This document shows, in pieces, positions 54,952 to 64,000 of a stretch of DNA of 64,000 nucleotides. The DNA is taken from assembly GCA_010093815.1 (NCBI GenBank), contig ML996585.1; one strand, given 5' to 3'. Origin of the DNA: Pseudovirgaria hyperparasitica (taxonomy: Eukaryota). The notes beneath the pieces were generated by a model, which made no database searches, had not been told where the DNA came from, and saw only the letters and a list, made by a program, of their open reading frames with translations. Both the position numbers and the translations under genes were made by a program. Numbering within the stretch: position 1 is the first letter of the stretch; each line of letters starts with the position of its first letter.

Positions 54952-56497
54952 TATTAGAACTTAGTCTTAGATATAACCCGATTTATATATACCTTAGCTA
55001 ATATAGTTAGAAGGTAGCGTGAAGGGTAGTAAACGGTTATATACTAGATAGATTAGCGTCTCTTTATATATATACTCTTAGATTTCTACTAAAAGAATTT
55101 AGTAGTAATTTATTCTATAATAGAATATACTCTATTATTCTATCTAACTATACTACTATCTAATAACCCTATTCTTATATTTAAATTACTCTCTATATAG
55201 TACTATAGTTAAGATAGTCTAACTAGAACTAAGAAGGTTAATATAATCTACTATAGAGATAAGTAATACTATATTAAATAATAGAGATCCTCTATAATTA
55301 GTATTAATTCTAGCCGTTTCTAACTAAGAAGTAGAGATATTAGACTAAATTACGGAGCTTTTAGATAAAGAAATAGTAGATACACTAAGTAACTTCTAAT
55401 AATATAAAGCTAAATAATAAGTTATAGTAGAGCTACACGAGATATTATAATAAACTATTACTAAACTTTAGAAATATATCGCGAATTAGACTTAAGAGAT
55501 TTAAACTCTTAAAGAGTAGATAGAATATACGAAACTTCTTATAAAGAGATAAGAACTTAAGAAGTCTCTTAAAGAACTATATAGAACGATAGTAGATAGA
55601 CGACTTCCTATACTAATTTAGACGGAATTAATTTACCTACTATTAGAGTTATAATAATCTACTATACTCCCGGCCGCTTCGTTACTAATTTACTCTACTT
55701 CTTCTCTAGATATACTAAAATCTAAAGACCTAACTATATTTATAGAGAAGAACTAAAAGGAGTAGAAAGACTAGAAGAGAGACTACGAAAAGTACTTCCT
55801 TAATAACTCTCTACTCTTTTCTACTAAAGTATAATATATTTTATTTAGAGAATAATACCTAGACTTATAATCCCACGATTAATAGAATAGATAGAAGGAA
55901 GCGTAGCTACTATCTATAATAACCTAGGAATATTTAGCTATATTTATACTAAATACCCTTAGAACGGACGGAGAATATAAAAGAAAGATACTATTTAAGT
56001 TAAGAAGCGTAGTATAACGACCGAACTAGACATCTACTTAACTACTATAATACCTATAAAACCTATAGAATAATATCCCTACGCTATAGAAAAATATTTA
56101 TATATTCTAGTTTTATAAAGTACTACTTCCGTTAATCCGTAAAAGACTAGAAATAGTATTATTAAGTTTTAACTATCTATATAAATTAGAGAAGAAAGCT
56201 AATAAATACTACTATATCCTTAATAAATATAACTCTCTAGATAAAACTAATAAACCCTATATAGGTTAGAAATAAGATTAATTAAATATATTTAATTAAG
56301 AGTAACCTTACTATAATTAGTACTAGAAGAGTATAAATCGGGGTAGAAATACGTTAAGAGGATACTAAAATAATTAAGATAGTACTTCTTAATATAGAAA
56401 AGAATAAGATATAGACTTAAATATAATATCTATTATAAAATAGTAGAATTATAGTATACTTTATTACTATAAGTATAGAGAAATAGAATATATTTTA
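54952..56497 (+). mobile_element. Family D copy D2: 5' LTR (54952-55179) and gag, interrupted by D3
   Basis: Reverse complement of D1 47767-49314. Inserted at the start of LINE copy 2 ORF2. Confidence 0.9.
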
Positions 56498-57209
56498 TAT
56501 AAGAATAGGGTTATTAGATAGTAGTATAGTTAGATAGAATAATGGGGTGTATTCTATTATAGAACGAATTACTACCGAACCCTTTCAGTAGGAATCCGAG
56601 AGTATATACATAAAGGGACGCCGATCTATCTAGCACGTGACTATTTACCGCCCTTTACGTCACCTCCTAACTCTATTAGCTAAGGTACGTGTAGGTCGGG
56701 TTCTACCTAAGACTAAGTTCTAATAATTATCCCTTCCCTCTAGGAAGCTACCCTTAGCGACCTAGATTATTACCTATCTCTATATCCCTATCCTAAGTCT
56801 CGTAAGACCTTAGTCGTTCTCTATACTTCGTCTTAGATACTTACTAATATTTACCGATCTAAGATTTATATAAGCGTTTTCCTAATAAACTAGATTTTAT
56901 CTATCTTAACTTCTTATATAGGTGAGATTACCTAATTAGGCCTAGCGTATCACGTAATATAATTAGGTAAGCCTAGATACTACCTATATCAAAATCTTTT
57001 CTTAGAAATATTCCTTTCTTTAAAAAACTTCTTAACTCTTTATAGAGTTTTTAAGATTATTAGGTATATTACCCGATCCTTATAGACATAGATTTATATA
57101 GATTTACTATAATTTAGTACGATTTACGCAATTTACTAATTTTTATACTATCCTTAGCTAGTAATAATATAATTCGTAATAATCCGTATAAATTAATAAT
57201 AATTATAAT

Positions 57210-58191
57210 ATGGTTTCCCGAAATCTTAACGCTCTAAAGTAATCGGCGCGGAAATAGGCGCCTTTAAATAATCCCTATCTTATATACGTTACCGATATAT
57301 CGAAAGCTATTAATCTACCCCGACCTAGGCCGGGCTCTAATAATCTAGCTATATATTATTATAGTTATTGCTTTCTATCGTATATTACTTACGGTAGTAC
57401 TAAATCTATAATATACAGTACTTATATAACTAAGAAGCGTTATTACTTATAGATATTTAAGTAAGTTCGAAGAACTTTACGTAGATTTACTTATATTAGT
57501 ATAGATTACTACTAGGCCTCTAGTGACCCCTACTAATAAGGAGCGTAGTACTACTAATTATAACGCCTTAGAGAAGGCTTTCTACGAGCTATATACCTAA
57601 GGTAAGGGTTACGCCTAGAAGTATAATTCTAATAAGATCCGTAAGGATTTATCGGAATCTACTATAGCTATTATTACCGCGATTACTAGGTAATATTATT
57701 TTTCTTAAATCGTTATAGATTCTTACTAATATATATTAATCTCTATAATAGTACTAAAATCTCTACTACTTTAGACTTCTTTCTATACACTAGCGATATT
57801 AAAATTCCTAGAAAAGATTCTAGTAAAAAGGCTAAGGTTCCTTCCTTACGCGTGCTAAAGAGCCGTAAATTTAGAGAAGATAGCTCTAATCTAGAAGTTT
57901 CTATACTAAAGGTATATAGTTCTATACTAATCGTTAAATCTTTTCGCTAATTTATATAATTCTTAGCGTGCCCGCGCCGGTCCGTCTCTCTCTATCCCGG
58001 GTCCTACCGCTCTATAGGTTTCTATAGAGGAGTTTATAGCTATAAGGCGCGCTATATAGAATTTATAGCGTCGGAACGAAAGGCTAGAGACTTATATTAT
58101 AAAGGTCTATACTATACTAAATAAGAACTAGCGGAAGGAATTAGATATAACTATCGCGGTAATTAGTACTTCTACTCCTACTCCAACTTAA
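57210..58191 (+). pseudogene. Antisense spliced accessory gene of D3 (Cys6-like plus coiled coil, at least 270 aa after de-RIP)
   Basis: Exons 57210-57452, 57505-57689, 57752-57911, 57967-58191 (813 nt, in frame; phases 0,2,0). Probable upstream intron ending at 57157. Confidence 0.78.
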
Positions 58192-60170
58192 TCGGTTTAG
58201 ATCTATACTAATTAGTACTAATATATCTCTTTTATCTAGTGTTTTTAATTTTTTAGTTTTAATTTTAAAGCGATCTTACTTCTTCTAGATAGATTAGTAC
58301 GAGTTTATATAGATCTATATAGATCTTTATATTTTCTTTTAGCTTTCTTAATTTCATCTTTCTTTAATAATAACTTCTTTAATCTCTTTAGTAATCTATA
58401 CCAATCTATACCAATCGGCACCGATTTTCAATATCCATTTCTCTTAGTAAATCATTTTTCTAAGTCTCTTTTTTAGTTAAATTTTTTAAAGTTCTAAGTT
58501 TAAACTTTCTAAGGAAGTTCCTTAATTCCTTAGAATATTTTAAAGATCTATATCTCTTTTACCTTCTTCCTTTTAGGCGGCCGTTCTTAGCGCTAAACTA
58601 TACTAAAAAACGTTGAATCGCCGTACTTTAGTATAATTCTCTACGATTCTACGGCTTCCTTTACTAATCGCTACTCATATACTAATATCGCTACTATGCT
58701 AATATTTATTATAGGTTCCCAAGTATCTTTATTAGGATTATATCCTTTTTAATGAATTTTATATAGCCACGTGCTATCTTCGGCGTGTTACTAGCTAAGT
58801 ATCTACTTAACTTTATAGATATCTATACCTTCTTACGTAACTACTTTATATAGTATCTATTTAGAATGATCCGGTAATAATAAGGCATGAAATGGCTCGA
58901 GAAGCGTAATATAGAATATATTATATATCTTTAACGTAGGAGGGAGTTATAACTCGTACGCCTAGTTATTAATTACACGAGTAATCTTATATAGATCTAT
59001 TATCGTATAGTTAAGCTTCTTCTTTGGCCTAATACTATAAATATTCTTACTATTTAGTAAAACTTTGTCCCTAATATTAAAGATTATAGGTTTTCTACTC
59101 TTGTTATAGTGCGATTTACTATAATTCGTAGTATCTTATAGTAACTTTATAACGCTTCTTTGCGTTTAGAATAGTTCTATAGTAATTTCCATTGCTTTAA
59201 CGTTAGGTCGTTCTACTTTAAACTAAGTCCCTAAGAACTATATATTATGGTTCCGACCGAAGTTTACTTCGAACGGACTTACGTAGGTTAATATATATCG
59301 GCTATTATTATACGCGAATTCCGCGACATAGACTAACCTTATCTAGTTATTCTACTTATAGTTATAATATACGCGTAAATACACCACGACTATCTAATTC
59401 TACTACTCTATCTATCTATCTATTTATAGATAGAACGTAGTACTAAGTTTCTACTTAATTCCTAGTATATAGTAGAAATCCTTCTAAAATTTAGATGTTA
59501 TCTACGGACCTCTATCTAAAACTATACTATTTAGTATACTATAGAGCCGAAGTACGTTACGGAGTAGTATATCTATAAGATCCGGTACTTAGATTATCTT
59601 TCTTATAGGGATATAGTATAATATCTTTATAAATCTATCTAGAACTATAAGTAAACTATTATAAATATACCTAGAATACTTACTTAGGGGTAGATCTATA
59701 ATGAAATCTATTAATAATTCCTTCTATGCCTCCTTTAGTATAGGTAATAGCCTTAATTTACTATATAGTAAGTATCTATATACTTTTATATACTAGTAAA
59801 TATTATACGTTTTTATATAGTCCTTTATATATTTCTAAAGACCCGGCTAGTCGTACGTCCTTCGGATTAAATCGACCGTCCTTATAACGCTAAAGTATTC
59901 TACTAACGTGTAATTATACTATTCCCTTAAAATATTAATTTATAAGCCGCCTTCCAGCACGTAGAGTCGGCCTTAGAAGTAGATCGCGTCCGATTATCGT
60001 TTCTATCTTAATAACCACGGCGGATCTATAGTACTTCCTTTTATACTTATAACTTTCTTTACTAATATATTAGAATTCTAGGTAGATTTAATTAAGTCTT
60101 TAAGGGTTTTCTTATTTCCTTAGATATTTATTTAGATTACTTAATACCCGCTCTAATTCCCGCGGAGAAT

Positions 60171-61095
60171 NNNNNNNNNNNNNNNNNNNNNNNNNNNNNN
60201 NNNNNNNNNNNNNNNNNNNNNNNNNNNNNNNNNNNNNNNNNNNNNNNNNNNNNNNNNNNNNNNNNNNNNNNNNNNNNNNNNNNNNNNNNNNNNNNNNNNN
60301 NNNNNNNNNNNNNNNNNNNNNNNNNNNNNNNNNNNNNNNNNNNNNNNNNNNNNNNNNNNNNNNNNNNNNNNNNNNNNNNNNNNNNNNNNNNNNNNNNNNN
60401 NNNNNNNNNNNNNNNNNNNNNNNNNNNNNNNNNNNNNNNNNNNNNNNNNNNNNNNNNNNNNNNNNNNNNNNNNNNNNNNNNNNNNNNNNNNNNNNNNNNN
60501 NNNNNNNNNNNNNNNNNNNNNNNNNNNNNNNNNNNNNNNNNNNNNNNNNNNNNNNNNNNNNNNNNNNNNNNNNNNNNNNNNNNNNNNNNNNNNNNNNNNN
60601 NNNNNNNNNNNNNNNNNNNNNNNNNNNNNNNNNNNNNNNNNNNNNNNNNNNNNNNNNNNNNNNNNNNNNNNNNNNNNNNNNNNNNNNNNNNNNNNNNNNN
60701 NNNNNNNNNNNNNNNNNNNNNNNNNNNNNNNNNNNNNNNNNNNNNNNNNNNNNNNNNNNNNNNNNNNNNNNNNNNNNNNNNNNNNNNNNNNNNNNNNNNN
60801 NNNNNNNNNNNNNNNNNNNNNNNNNNNNNNNNNNNNNNNNNNNNNNNNNNNNNNNNNNNNNNNNNNNNNNNNNNNNNNNNNNNNNNNNNNNNNNNNNNNN
60901 NNNNNNNNNNNNNNNNNNNNNNNNNNNNNNNNNNNNNNNNNNNNNNNNNNNNNNNNNNNNNNNNNNNNNNNNNNNNNNNNNNNNNNNNNNNNNNNNNNNN
61001 NNNNNNNNNNNNNNNNNNNNNNNNNNNNNNNNNNNNNNNNNNNNNNNNNNNNNNNNNNNNNNNNNNNNNNNNNNNNNNNNNNNNNNNNNNNNNNN
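60171..61095. other. Assembly gap
   Basis: Run of N. Confidence 1.
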
Positions 61096-64000
61096 GCGAT
61101 TAAGGACCTTAGTTAATATAAAGTAATATAGATTTATATAATCTAATAATAATTTAATCTAATATACGGAGCCTTCTAAATAATATTACTATTACTTAAA
61201 ACTCTCGATAATTATAAGTAGTTTCTAGTTATACGTATTATAACACGTCTCTATATCTACTATTTTATAGAAAAAGAAAGCGACCGGATGCTATTACACC
61301 TTATCTTTCGTATCTTTATATAGTTAACTAATAATTCTAGTAATTGCGAATCCTAACACGTTAGTTTCGACCCGAATATACTTCTTAGGATTAAAATACC
61401 TAAGAATCGGCGTAGTTATAAAGTAATTCTTTAACGATCGGAACGCATCTTGCGCTTCTAGCGTTAACTATATCTCGACCGACTTAGCTTTATACTATAC
61501 TCGTCTACCTATAGGGATTTTACTACTATTCTCTATAAGTTTATTAAGCGGCGCCGTAATTCATAAGAAGCCTATAATGAATTTACGATAATAGTTTATA
61601 AAACCTATAAATATTCTAATTTAACGTATAGTAGTAGGTTCTAGCCATTCTATGATAGTCTTTACACGCTCCAGCTCTATTTTTAGGCCGCTATGTATTA
61701 TAATAAAGCCGAGAAACCTAACTTCTTATTAGTGAAACTCGTATTTAGATAATTTTACGTAGAGTTTATACTACCTTAGGCGATTTAGTACCGATTTCAC
61801 GTGTTCTTTATAATTCTATATACTATCGGAGTAAATTAGTATATTATTAAGATAAACTATATAAATCACGTTAAGTAATTCTACGAGTATAGTATTAATA
61901 TATTCTTAAAACGCTCCTAGCGTATTTATTAGCCCGAATAGTATAATAGTATACTTAAAATAACTATATCTAGTCCGAAATACGGTTTTCTACTTATCTC
62001 CGCGACGAATTCGAAGCTAGTAATATATATCTTATAAATCTAGCTTTGTAAAGTACTTTACCTTCGTTAATTAGTCTAAAGATTTACTAACTAGCGGTAA
62101 TAGATAACGATTCTTCTTAGTTACCGTATTTAGTACCTAATAGTTAACGCATAGATATAAACTTCCGTCTTTCTTCTTTACGAAGAGAATAGATACGCTA
62201 GCCAATAATATACTACGACGTATTTAGCCTCTTCTAAGGTATTCTTTAATATATTTATAAAGAACTTCGAGTTCTAGTCTTAAAAGTAGGTAAAGTAGGC
62301 TATAAGGGACGTCTACTCCCTCTTCGAGCTCGATCTTTAGCTTATATAGCCCGTGATTAGGGAGAAGTGATATATCTCCTACTAAAAATATATCTATATA
62401 CTACGAATATACGTCGGGTAGCGTGTCTTCGCCCTAATTATTACTATCGTCCTTATCTTTATCGATAATTAATAAGGACGTAAGATAGATTAGCGATAAT
62501 CAGGTCCGCACGGCGAGGTTCCATGCCTCCTTACTAATAGTTACGATTTACTAGTATAATTTACTATAGTATTATCGGAACGTTAATATCTCCTTCTAAA
62601 AATTAAGAATAGAGTTTAGGCGTCTAAGCTAAGGTATCCCTAGAATTATATTCTATTAGCTAATATTAGCCACGATAAATTTATTAGACATCTACTATTT
62701 TATTATCTTCGAGTTATGAACTTCGTAATTTATTATAGCTTTACCTAAAGTTCTAACTTTATATCTATTAACTATGATAGTTCGGCTAACTTTACTAAGA
62801 TCGTATGATAATCTATACTCCTTTATAAGAATTAATAAAATATAGTTATCTTCTATACTAGTATCTATAAGGGCCTATATAGTTTTATTACTATTTACTA
62901 TAGGTAATAATACTTTTAGTAATATTAGGTCTTTACTCGCCGGAAGGCGCTACGGCTCCTTCTAAGTATATATAATTTAGCTAAGGACGCGGTTAGGTCT
63001 CGTGTACTAGTCTATTCTTTTTTCGGATTCTTATAGTTAGGCGAAATATATTCTATTTCTCTATACTTATAGTAACGAAGTGCGCTATAATCCTACTATT
63101 TTATAATAGGCGTTATATTTAAGCCTATGCCTTATCCTTTTCGGCGTTAAGAAGTACCGCCTTAATTATTTTAATATTCTCTTAACGCATTTCTACCCCG
63201 ATTTATACTCTTCTAGTACTAATTATAGTAAGGTTACTCTTAATCGAACGTATTCGATCGACCTCGTTTCTAACCCGTATAGAGTTCGTCGGTTTTACCT
63301 AGAGAGCCACGTTCCTTAAGGATGCGGTAGTATTTATTAGCTTTCTCCTCTAATTCGTGTAGATAGTTAAAACTTAATAATACTATTTCTAGTCTTTCGT
63401 GGATTAACGGAAGTAGTACTTCGCGAAACTAGAATATATAAATATTTTTCTATAGCGTAGGGATATTATTCTATAGGTTTTAGAGGTATTATAGTAGTTA
63501 AGTAGGTGTCTAGTTCGGTCGTTATACTACGCTTCTTAACTTAGATAGTACCTTTCTTTCACGTTCTCTATCTATTCCGAGGGTATTTAGTATAAATATA
63601 GCTAAATATTTCTAGGTTATCGTAGATAGTAGCTGCACTTCCTTCTATCTATTCTATTAATCGCGGGATTATAAGTCTAGGTATCATTCTCTAAACGAAA
63701 TGCGTTATACTTTAGTAGAAAAGAGTAGAGGGTTATCGAGGAAGTACTTTTCGTAGTCTCTCTTCTAGTCTTTCTACTCCTTTTAGTTCTTCTCTATAAA
63801 TATAGTCGGGTCTTTAGATTTCGGTATACCTAGGGAAGGAGTAGAGTAAATCGGTAACGAAGCGGCCGGGTATATAGTGGATTATTATAACTCTAATGGT
63901 AGGTGAACTAATTCCGCCTAAATTAGTATAGGAAGTCGTCCACCTACTATTATTCGGCGTAGTTCTTTAAGAGACTCCTTAAGTTCTTATCTCTTTATAA

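Larger units (their letters stand above)
56498..64000 (-). mobile_element. Family D copy D3 (3' LTR 56498-56725; runs off the window)
   Basis: LTR and PPT. Chromodomain 'IHWKGYNPDEDTWEP' (~58710-58760), integrase, RT 'VYLDDI' (~61841-61857), gag knuckle 'CYKCGEIGHISPNC' (~63030-63075). Confidence 0.93.

Noticed and set aside
1..64000. Alternative genetic code (TAA/TAG read as Gln) explaining the in-frame stops
   Set aside because: The stops are copy-specific C-to-T/G-to-A transitions on both strands, and LTR ends are altered too. This is the RIP signature.

Overview
This window is an AT-rich block from a filamentous ascomycete, made almost entirely of nested, RIP-destroyed transposable elements (TpA excess, CpA/TpG depletion). 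It holds no intact host gene. Four Ty3/Gypsy families are resolved (here A/A', B, C, D), with LTR pairs and 5-bp target-site duplications (TSDs) for the complete copies of A/A', C and D. Also present are two Tad1-like LINE copies, a 602-bp TRIM-like element (E), a solo LTR, a candidate DDE-transposase relic and two assembly gaps. Main finding: between the chromodomain and the 3' LTR, families A/A' and D, and probably C, carry an ANTISENSE, intron-containing accessory gene. After manual reversal of RIP, it encodes a six-cysteine zinc-cluster-like domain ending CxxC-x6-C-L-Q. In A and D it also has a C-terminal coiled coil and the same intron phases (0,2,0), with the first intron directly after CLQ. 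All LTR families with a readable PBS appear to use Tf1/sushi-type self-priming. Protein reconstructions need by-eye de-RIP (TAA/TAG to CAA/CAG/TGG, TAT to TGT/CAT) and have not been checked computationally.
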